The notes under the pieces are model-generated. The model did not search any database, was not told the DNA's origin, and was given only the letters and a program-made list of their open reading frames with translations. The position numbers and the translations under genes were made by a program. DNA of 61,536 nt, counting the filler, from Circinaria calcarea (lineage: Eukaryota), in the NCBI GenBank assembly GCA_051942165.1. It is 10 parts of 10 records of this genome, joined end to end, with 100 filler letters (N's around TTAATTAATTAA, not from the genome) between each part and the next. Parts side by side here need not be neighbours in the genome. Positions count along the whole stretch, not along the records: positions 49,328 to 55,382 come from JAVECS010001688.1; positions 55,483 to 61,536 come from JAVECS010001689.1; 8 more parts are not named here. One strand, 5' to 3'. Below, piece after piece: positions 51,957-61,536 of this stretch. Position 1 is the first letter of the stretch. Every line of letters begins with the position of its first letter.

Positions 51957-53485
51957 TCAACTCCTAATACCTGAGGAACTTCCATCAACCATTGATTCAT
52001 CGCGCTCAATTCTTTTTTGCAGTCTGGACGACCAGCGCGTCCGGACCCGGGTGATCGCTCTCTGCCCTGCCCGGTATTTCCTTACCAGCTTGGGATGCAC
52101 CGACGCCTTGGGTAACCAGATCTTAGTGAAGGCGGTGACTTCATACCCCGATCCCGACTCGCCGACAACCTGGTGAACCTCGTATTTCTGGTCGCCCGGC
52201 GGTGATCAGTCGTCGTATACGCTGCCAGGCATTTGAACGCCCTTCACCGCGGCCTGCGGCTTGGGTTGGTTTTCGGTGACTTCCGACGGGCGAGCGGAAG
52301 ATCGGGCTCGTTTCGAGGACGGTAGGCCGTCGCCCTCTGTCCCGCTATCGTCCTCGGCGAAAACATCAAAGACCCAATCGCTGCCACGGCTGCCGGCCCG
52401 ATATGCCCCGCTCAGGCTGCGACTTCGTTTGCCAGGGAGGCTGACAATGGAATCTCCTTGCACAGACGGGTGGAGCTGCCTCTCCTCTTCTAACGTGGCC
52501 CCACTATCGCTCTCAGGGATTTCGAGAGAGAACAAAGTTGATGTAGCGGTCGCTGAGCGATCATCGCTTTGTGGCATTGCTGCATCGTCCGGGTCGGAGT
52601 TGGCTACGCCCTCACCTGTATGAGCAGCGACATCGGCGTCCCCGTCTATGTTCTCGCCCCTTACTCCTGGATCGTTCACGGTCATCTGATATGAGGTGTG
52701 GTTGGATCGATCCGTCGGATCACCATCCTCATCATCGTCGATGACAATAGGACTCTCTGTCAATCATAAGCTTGTGGCCAAAGCGGAATCAATGATCATC
52801 GACCTACCCTGATTGTTTCCACGACCAATACGACGGCCGTCACCGACAGAGCCGTCTATGGAGGAGCCCCTAGAGGATGGCCGAACGGCGGGCTCGTTTT
52901 TGGTCTTAGCCTGATTTGTAGAGGTCGGTGTATCCGCAGGCAGAGAGTTGAGGAACGACCACGCCGGAATATTCATGAAAAAGGATTTCCGTGGCGCAGG
53001 CGTAGTGCCTAAAAGAGGCGGCGCTGAACTTTTGGCCGCTTGGACGGACGGATTCAGGGAGGGAGGGTTTTGGGAGGCGGACGGAAGTTTGAAAGCCTGT
53101 TAACAGAATTAAGTCAGCAGATGGTCATCCTAACCGGTTACAATACGGTGTAGGATCGCTAGCTTACTTGGAGCTCAGCCTGATGAGCCTGTGTTGCAGG
53201 TGAGAGGAACTTCAGTAGTGAAGGAAGCTCGTCGTCGCTGCTTTCACCAGCGTCCACATTATCAGTCCCTGGAGGCACATCAGACACGATCAACTTCATG
53301 TTCAAGTGTCAAATACCGTGAAGCTGCGAAACATCGTCTGATGGCTTGTTCCGACTTAAAATAGATAATTGTCTCAAGGTCGCACTACTCGAGGACGAGG
53401 CCAGATATTTGCTGGTAGGGAGCAGCTCGCCCTGAGGAAATAGACTGTACTTCCCGGAGTGCGGTTGGTAGGAAAGGACTTCCAT
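51957..53485 (-). pseudogene. Low-complexity acidic protein with a C-terminal chromodomain-like motif, interrupted by two TGA stops
   Basis: TATA box at about 53597-53603 (minus strand), start MEVLSYQPH, plausible introns. Stops at 53309-53311 and 52206-52208. After the second stop the frame continues KYEVHQVVGESGSGYEVTAFTKIWLPKASVHPKLVRKY. Confidence 0.55.
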
Positions 53486-55206
53486 CGTCGCGGTGGGATT
53501 GCAGAAAATATAGACACCGTGAAGGAAAATGAGATGTACGCCTCTTCTAATCTCAAGGAAAAAGAGCTGCTGGATCCAAGCGAGGGAGGGGCCCGGGGTT
53601 TTATAGATGAGCGGCTCTGGTCCTCTGCCGGATTCACGGTAGCTGCAACTGCCTGGTTTGCCCATCGCTCCCCGCTCGTGACAGGGATTGGCCTCAGACA
53701 GCTCGTCACCGCTCCCTACTCAGGCCCAATGATCGCGCCGTAGCTGCTCTTCCTTCACAGCTCTCCCTGCCGTGGTTGCCCTTCTCTTCGAATCCGTGTG
53801 GGTCCACTATCGAAAGTGGCACTCCAGCAACATTTGTTCACTCCAAATCGACCTTCTACACGATGCCTTCGACTCCTGACCTTTCTCGTGAGCTTACAGC
53901 CAATCCCCCGCCTGGAAGCGCCGAGTGCAGTTGGTCACACACAATGCGGATGTCATAGATCGCATGATAGAGAAGCGAAACCTGGCTGATCTCTCGAAAC
54001 GCTTTTCGCAATCCGGCAGCCCTACCCCTCGTGACCGCCTAAGAGCAGCACCGCAAAGGTACCGGATATTCACCTGTGGCGCCGCCGTGTGCGAAGAGCC
54101 AGTTAGAGCTGTGACTCCGTGAAGATGATTGGATGACGGGAGTGTGATTGCGCCGGCTTACCCTGCATAAACTTCCAACTAAGAAACCGTCCGGGTTTGA
54201 GGCCATCGTCCAAGATAACGAGGTCAGAGCAGTGAAGTGGATCTCGACACAGCCCCCGCGAGGCATTTCACCTATTGGTTCTATCATGCGCCCGTACGGG
54301 CTCCTGACCGCATCGAGACTTGAATTCCGACAATTGGAGAGAACGAGCAAGGCAGATCTCAAGACGGCCTCGTTGAGATGTTTTTCCCATTGGCTCGATC
54401 GCATCCTCAGCTGGACCGGATCTCATGCAGCCCCCATCCGGATCCGCCATCGAGGCAGGCTCCAATATTCGAGCGGCTTCCAATTGGACATGAAGGCATT
54501 CTCGGGTGACGTGGCGCGGCACCCATCTCCTGCATGTCTCACCGAATATGTTCTAGACCTGCTTTGTCGCCGCTGCGGCGCTCTCGAGTGACGTGGCCGG
54601 CACTGCGGCATTTTCACCATTGGTCCTGTCGCAGCGTCGTGTCAGCCGACACGGGATCGCCGAGGAGGAGAGGCCGGCGACGCGGGATCCTACTACGGTG
54701 ATGCCGGTGCCTCAGGCAAGGGAGATGTTGGTCGAGGGGTCGATGAAGAGACGAGATTCCAAGGGCAGGATGCTGATGGGGGCCCCACCGCATGAACTGC
54801 CAGCCACCAAGTCTGGTAGAGTGGGCTGTGTATCGGATCGCCGTCGACAGCCAGGCCAACAGTTGGATCAACCGGCAGGGGGAGCGTTGAATAAGAGCAC
54901 GAAGGTGGAAAGGGAGGGTCGGTTAGAGGCAGGAAAGCCGGTCAGCGGGCTGGCGCTGCGACGCTGCGGGCCCGGAAGCGGCGGCGCAGCAAGCCAGCAG
55001 GGGAGGCCAGCTGGGGGGAAGCAAGAGAAGAGGGAGGAGTAGAAGACAGAAAGGAAGAGACGGCGAGGGAGAATGAGGAGCAGCGGGCTCTTTATACCCG
55101 GGCCAAGCGGCGAGGGGCCGCGTTGCCCGATCGGGCGGAGCTAAACCGGAAGAGGCAGCGCACCGGCAGCCAGACTACACGTCTAATTAATTAAATCCCC
55201 ACAGCT

Positions 55207-55379
55207 CGCGCTTGACAAAAAAAACTGCAACCCCAACAGTGATTACTCGCTAAATCTTCACCTCTAGATTTGTGGGACCCCTCCAATGTTGGTGGTGCCA
55301 TACCCGAATCCTAGGCTGAAAAGGTCACTAACTACAGCTGGGGGTAATTCAGGGTTGCAATTTTTTTCTGTCAAGCGCG
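55207..55379. mobile_element. MITE-like element, about 173 bp, with 27/28-bp imperfect terminal inverted repeats
   Basis: Left end CGCGCTTGACAAAAAAAACTGCAACCC (55207-55233). Reverse complement of the right end (55352-55379) is CGCGCTTGACAGAAAAAAATTGCAACCC. Confidence 0.7.
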
Positions 55380-55382
55380 TGG

Positions 55383-55482
55383 NNNNNNNNNNNNNNNNNN
55401 NNNNNNNNNNNNNNNNNNNNNNNNNNTTAATTAATTAANNNNNNNNNNNNNNNNNNNNNNNNNNNNNNNNNNNNNNNNNNNN
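55383..55482. other. Artificial contig linker
   Basis: N44-TTAATTAATTAA-N44. Confidence 0.99.
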
Positions 55483-56226
55483 TTTCTGTCCTGCCTCCCA
55501 TATTCCAAGCACAAAGTCTACTCGCTCGGTAGACGCGGTCATGTTGTAAGGGAGGACCACATATAGAATCCCCATGGCGTCCAGGGATGCGCAAAAGAGT
55601 TTGTGGAAGCCCACCCAGTCTTCTTTGCTTGTGGGCATTAATCGCACACCATCATCGAAGAGCCAGTCGGCACCTGCTTCGCAAACAACCATCAACGATT
55701 GCTTTATGTTCTGTTCCAGCGTCAAGTACGTGCTTGATGCCAATAACCTCTCGGCAGCGTTCTGCCCAACATATCGCCTTGCGTAGACGATGGGATCGAA
55801 TCCAGATCGGTCAGAGATAAACCATTGATCACCAGCTGATTTTTCTGCCTCTAATTGAGCTTCAAGCATCAATCTCTGCATCTCAAACGCCTTGGTGGGA
55901 GACGACGTTATGTCATCTGCTGTGAAAGCATGCTTTTGCAGCACGCCTCGAGCAACCTCTGTCAGAACTATTGGCTGGGCTATTGGATTTCCTCGCCATT
56001 TGCAACGCTCATGGCCATTGAACTGCTCCTGCAGGCTCTTGACCAGGGTGGTCTTCCCTGTACACTGGGCACCGACAATGTAGATGTTCGATGGCCTGGA
56101 TGGATAGCATGTCGCCTCCTTTTCAAGGCTGGAAGCCATTCCAACTTTCGTACTCCAACTCTTTAATAGTCGTGCAGTGATGGTAAGTGGTTGGTCTGGG
56201 GATGGCAATGAAATATGTCGATCCAT
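55483..56226 (-). CDS. P-loop nucleotide-kinase-like protein, NadR/Ttd14 AAA_28 type; intronless; extreme C-terminus cut by contig edge; start may be 56139
   Basis: IYIVGAQCTGKTTL (Walker A), EVARGVL, ISDRSGFDPIVY (D-R-S motif of NMP/dNMP-kinase-like folds), DDGVR, ERVDFV. Confidence 0.85.
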
Positions 56227-56310
56227 GCAGGCAGGGTAAGCTATTGTTACACAAACTACTCAGCCTCATCTTCACCAGGACCACCACCATCTTAGCACCC
56301 TAACTCGAAC

Positions 56311-59300
56311 ATGGCAAAACAGAGCTTGAATGGATGGCGCCATCAGCTGCAAAATCAAATTGATCCGGCCGATAACGAGTGGGCATACACTGTCCCAGCA
56401 CTACCAAAACCTTCTGTGCTCAACCTGCAGAGGCTACTGAAGTTTGTAGCAGTTACATCCAACGCGTCAAATCAGTGCATCGATTTGCGCCTATCAGGTG
56501 CCCCAATTAATAGGGCTCTTGCTAATGACGCCCTGGACCGCTTTCTTTCCGTCTCATTCAACGATTTTCATCTCTACTACCCGCCGAGCGCCACTCAGTC
56601 AAATAAAGTACAAGGCGTTGAAGGGAACCCGCAACGCGCTCCCCCAAAAGAATCAGCTGACTATGTAGTACGCCTTCTCAGATCAGGCATATCTCTCAAC
56701 GGAGTCCAATATCATTTTTATGGTCACGGCAACAGCCAGCTAAAGTCCAAGACCTGCTTCCTCTTCGCGGGTTCAAAAAATGAGATATCGCGCAAAATTG
56801 AAAGCCTCGGGGACTTCGCCAGAATCAAGACAGTTGCAAAGAAAGCGAAGAGAATAGGTCTTCTATTCTCTACTGCAGAATTCGCCATCGAACTACAGCC
56901 GGACCGATGTGAGGATATACCGGATGTGGTATCCAAAGACTATGTCTTCACCGATGGCTGTGGGTTAATTTCTAGGCATCTAGCTAATCTGCTAGCTCAA
57001 AAGGCGAGAATCCAGTTTCGAAACAAGTCTTACTTACCCTCGGTCTTCCAGATTCGATACAGAGGCTATAAAGGAGTGTTGACACTAGATCCTACCCTTA
57101 GGGGCCAAGTGCTCGCAAGGTTCCGGGACTCCATGAAGAAATTCAAGGGAGGAACTGATTTATCCTTATCTGTGATAGATTATTCAAAGGTATCTCACTC
57201 ATTAAACCAGATGCTATTGAGTTATTCATTGATTTATGTTCGTAGCCTTACAGTTTTGGTTATTTGAATGACGAGGTTGTCCTCTTGTTGCACTCCCTGG
57301 GAATCTCGGAGTTAGTTCTCCTCCGTAAACAGCGGGAGCATTATGACATGCTAGCCGGTGTCCACGATAGTCCACAGCATGCTTTTCGCTTCCTTACATA
57401 TTGTAATCGCCTTGATCTTGCCGAAAAGGTTGTACTCGATGGAGCTGAGTCGATTCAAAGCAGAATAAACAAATTACTCGATCAAGAGTACGACAAGATG
57501 CTGAACAAGCGGGACGATCAACGATGCCGCATTATGATCCCTAGGTCGAGACTTCTATTCGGAGTATGTGATCCTAGGGACGTTCTTAAAGAAGGAGAAT
57601 GTGCTGTCAGAGTGACTATGGACGGAGATGGGCAACCCCGGCAACTAACTGGGATGGAGATTCTTGTTACAAGAAATCCCTGCTTACATCCTGGCGACCT
57701 TCAAAAATTCAAAGCAGTGGAAAGACCAGAGCTTGCCCATTTGGTTGATTGCATAGTTTTCCCGACTTGGGGAAAGAGACCCAGCGCTGACCTGATGTCA
57801 GGGGGTGACCTCGATGGCGATACTTGTTAGTATATTCATACTGTTGGTACTTGCAAATTGCATTCCTAGATTACTAACATGCATCATTCCTTGTTTGCTG
57901 GGACTCCGAACTTATACCATCTATAATCTCTGAGCCAGCACACTACGCCAGTGCTAAGGAACCGGTCACCTTTAAACCGATAAGTGACGATGACCGCCTT
58001 GTGTACTTTGCGAGATACACGAATGCGTCATTAGGTCGGGTTAAAAACCTCTACCTGAAATGGGCGAGGCTTAAAGGTTCTATGAGTACAGAGTGTCAAG
58101 AGCTAAACCACCTTTTCTCCAAATGCGTGGATGGAAACCGTATCAAAGTCCCAGAACATCTAGAGAATCTTCCACAAGTACCCGATGATAACTCCAAATT
58201 CATCCTTGACATCCTACATGACGCTGCGAAAGAAGTGATTAACAGCCGTCAAAAGAACTTGCGGAGCTGTGATGGCTATTCATACAGCGCTATGCAGCGT
58301 TTGCTAAGTCGAGATGACTTAGCAATGTCAGAATTTGCACTGATAAAGGTCGCTTACAGATGGTGCCTAAACAATAACGCTAGTTTAGGAACTTTCCTGG
58401 AATTTTTTGATATGAATAACTTGAGAGACGAGGAGAAAGCTTGGGTCGTAGCTCAGCTACCGCCAACCATGGAGATGCCAAGTCTGGTGTTGAATGCTTT
58501 GACGCACTCGAGCTTTATATCCGAGAGCGAACTTTTCCCATTCAAGCTTCATTATCCTGGACTACGATGGAAGCGAATCTTTGATTCTAATCAGGACCGC
58601 ATGGCACGGTTTCTTCATGTCACTGCACAGTCGTTAGAACTGTTCGATAAAAAATTACTTGTACTACGAACCGACAATAGGTTGACTGTTGCTATATACG
58701 TACCCCGAAAGATCGAGAAACGGCAAGAGTGTCAAGTAGATGATACCGTTAGACTTTTTGCTTTCCCACATACTCAAGGTACCGAATCCTTCCAACGCCG
58801 AGCGGTACCCACCAAGGCAAATTATCGCCTTTACTGTGATGACAATGTTCTACAGCTCTACGAAGGTAAGCGGGCAAATACCTGGATTTGGCTTGCCCGG
58901 CCAGGCTCAGATGATACGACATATCGAAATCAAGAAAATGAGGGCCATCGCCGAAGAGAGCGGCAGGCGACGATAATGCGAGGCGAGAATTATGATTGTG
59001 TTGCCAGTATCGCACTAGGTAAATATAGTTCAAACCTACAGAAACACCTTGGGAGAGTTAATAGGGCGGAGATCCTCGGAGCTGTATGAACTTCTACCTC
59101 CAACCGAGCTCAAAATAGCTAATGGCTTAGGAAATATATGTTATTAGCAATCGTGATACTAAATCGCTGCAACTCCTCGACTTATGGCTTGAGTATATAG
59201 ACACCGAGAAAGTCGTCCCCCTTTTTGAAAAGGAAGCTCGAATCTACACTGTACCTGCGTTATCGAACACCGACTGGTCTACGGTATCTGTTAATTTGCG

Positions 59301-61536
59301 AGCAATCGCTCGTGATGGTAACTTTGCCTCATTCAAAACCTTCAAAAGCGTGGACCAATGCGACGAAGTGTTTAATTGGTTGCTGGAAAGAGACGAGAAA
59401 GGACTAATATTGCGCATCTACGACTACCTTCTCGAAAATATCAAGGAAAATTCTGGATTAGTGAGTCACTCTGCGTTACTTCGGACGATGTTAGCCTTCA
59501 CTCGAAAAGCACCATTCCTCTCTATATCCTTTACTAGAATTGAGGATTGGGGTAGCCTTGGGTTAGATGTACAATCCAGTCTAATTGAACAAGCGCCAAG
59601 TCTTTTGGAAGCACTTATATTGGCAGCTAATACAATGGAAGAAATCGCCGTGGATTCGTTTAAGAAGATACTCGCGAAGCTACCAGTTTTAGCGTTGAAG
59701 TGTCTTGGTACGCTATGCAAGACAATAGCTTTAACAGTTAATGCACCGGAGCTTGCGTTGGAACTTCTACTCGGCACTTTGGAGCCCGCAAGCAGTCGGC
59801 TTCTTCTTGGCCGACCAAAGGTCAATCAACATTATCTTCGCAGTCTTACCGGCATCGCACTGGAACATATTGACGAGGCAACTCAGTCCCGGCACCCAGC
59901 GCCAGGACTTATAGATTTGAAAAAAACCGGGAAGGATGGGACGGTTAAGGGCAAGCTCCGTATCGACTCTCCAATTTCAAGCCTTTTAAAGCTTCAAGAC
60001 CATGTTAGGCTCACAACTGCTAGCTCTCCAAGCAATAGTCAAACGCTCAAAATGTACTCCATGGACGCACTGATAGAGGCTTCGGAACCTGGGCGTGTGA
60101 TATTTCGATGCTTGCATCCTATACCTACATTTGTCGAGGAGTGTTCGTGGCAAGTTCAGAACTGTGGATCTTTCGTCACCAGCAAGACAACAATTGAAGC
60201 GCTCAATCGGTTCACCTTGGAGCCGGACACTTCCTGTAAGGTTCATGATCAGTTGCTGGGGCTGTTGGAACATGGTGCAACTGTATCAGTGGAGGCTATC
60301 TGCTATACCGAACGTAGTGATTTGAACGAAAGCCAGAATGCAGCTATCAAAGTGTCATTGGCTAATCCATTGACATGTTTATGGGGTCCACCAGGGACTG
60401 GAAAGACTCACACCATTATTGCTCTCCTGCAGGAGCTTTTACATGACGGGGTTGACAGGAGGATCTTGGTGACAGCTCCAACACATAATGCTGTCGATAA
60501 CGTGTTGCGCAAGTACGTCAGCGTCAAAGGCTCGGGACAACGTAATTGGATTGAGCCAATACGGGTAACAACTGATGTATAGTCTTGGTCCCCCACGCTG
60601 AGAAGAAACAAGCAGGATGCTAATTTAGTAATAGGTCAGGAAAGTAGCCGAAGATTTAAGAAATTATACATGCGATGCAATGATGGGCAAAGACCTGAAT
60701 GAGAACTTCTCCGCTCGAAAAAAAGCGCAAGAGCGTCTTGGCCATTCCCGTCTGGTCTTTACCACTTGTATAGGAGCTGGATTAGGTCTCTTGCGTTATG
60801 AAAGTTTCGATACAGTAGTTATCGACGAAGCGTCTCAGCAAACAGAGCCCGCATCATTGGTACCGTTAGTTAAGGAATGCACCAAGGCCATTCTCGTGGG
60901 CGACCACCTACAGCTCCGTGCTACGGTCCAGCAGCACGCCGTTCTTCAAGGGTTCGACGTATCGCTGTTTGAGCGACTATATAACCAAGACAGCATTGGA
61001 GTTTGCAAAGTCATGCTCGAATCTCAATACCGCATGCATCGGGAAATCTGCAGCTTCAGTTCCCAGGTGTTCTACGAGGGTAAATTGAAGACTGCTCTAG
61101 CTGATAATGCTCGACCTTTAGCTGACTCCGGGTTTCCGTGGCCAAACCTACCAAGTGACCAACATGCCAAGTCTCGCATGGTCTTTGTTCAATGCTCCAC
61201 AGCCGAAGATATCGGCCGAAAATCCAAAAGCAACAAAGGCCAAGCATCCATCTGCGCAGACATTTGCAAGCGCCTCATCACACCACCCAGTGACAACCCC
61301 TCGGTACCTGGTGTTCCTCTAATAACCCCTTCTATCGCCGTCCTAACACCCTACACCGCGCAAGCCGACCTCCTCAAAGCTACACTTCCCAGCAGCGTCT
61401 CCATCTCCAGCATTGACGGCTTCCAAGGTCGAGAAGCCGACGTCGTAATCTTCTGCACCGTCCGCTGCAACGTCCACTACGAGATTGGCTTTTTGAAAGA
61501 TCTGAGACGCTTGAATGTGGCCATGACGAGGGCGAG
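56311..61536 (+). CDS. Fusion of a eukaryotic RNA-dependent RNA polymerase (QDE-1/RDR type), an unknown middle region and a Upf1-like SF1 helicase (3' end truncated)
   Basis: Exons 56311-57189, 57246-57825, 57888-59083, 59131-60576 and 60635-end. RdRP motifs: YHFYGHGNSQLK, KRIGLLFS, FTDGCG, FQIRYRGYKG, LNDEVV, LFGVCDP, TRNPCLHPGD, MSGGDLDGD. Helicase motifs: LNESQ, WGPPGTGKT, APTHNAVD, IDEASQ, VGDHLQL, SLFERL, QYRMH, LTPY, IDGFQGRE, RLNVAMTRA. Confidence 0.9.

Noticed and set aside
55184..55194. Natural TAATTAATTAA resembling the linker
   Set aside because: No flanking Ns and only 11 bp of AT-rich palindrome; treated as chance.
56311..58200. Endogenous viral RdRP
   Set aside because: The DLDGD double-psi-barrel signature and spliceosomal introns mark a cellular RNAi-type RdRP, not a viral GDD palm polymerase.
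49328..61536. A single cluster of AAA ATPase, MITE, kinase and RdRP-helicase
   Set aside because: The linker at 55383-55482 separates two independent contigs, so the adjacency is artificial.
1..61536. tRNA, rRNA, telomerase RNA or CRISPR arrays
   Set aside because: No cloverleaf, rRNA, telomere-template or repeat-spacer pattern recognised by eye. A tRNAscan-SE/Infernal run would be needed to exclude them.

Overview
Genomic DNA of a filamentous ascomycete (Pezizomycotina), judged from short GT-AG introns with CTRAC/CTAAT-type branch points and recognisable fungal orthologues. The window is not one locus. It is ten unrelated contigs of 6076 down to 6054 bp, sorted by decreasing length and joined by an artificial 100-bp N44-TTAATTAATTAA-N44 linker, so gene neighbourhoods mean something only within a contig. 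Most contigs carry housekeeping genes (YTP1, ERG3, AZF1, LHS1, ORC6, SWD2, OAC1, RNR2, MET12, HIR1, a GT15 mannosyltransferase, a P450). There are also two cell-surface proteins: a CBM18x2-CE4 chitin deacetylase and a repeat-rich PIR/GPI protein. Accessory material includes an Amidoligase_2-like gene, tandem RBR ubiquitin-ligase paralogues, a patatin fused to tandem ZZ-like zinc fingers, and a contig with two C>T-inactivated pseudogenes plus a MITE-like element. The most striking locus is the last contig. It holds a gene of more than 1660 codons fusing a cellular (QDE-1/RDR-type) RNA-dependent RNA polymerase to a Upf1-like SF1 helicase, head-to-head (84-171 bp apart) with a NadR/Ttd14 (AAA_28)-like P-loop kinase gene. 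This is a candidate compact RNA-silencing or antiviral module. All assignments come from motif recognition by eye; no searches were run.
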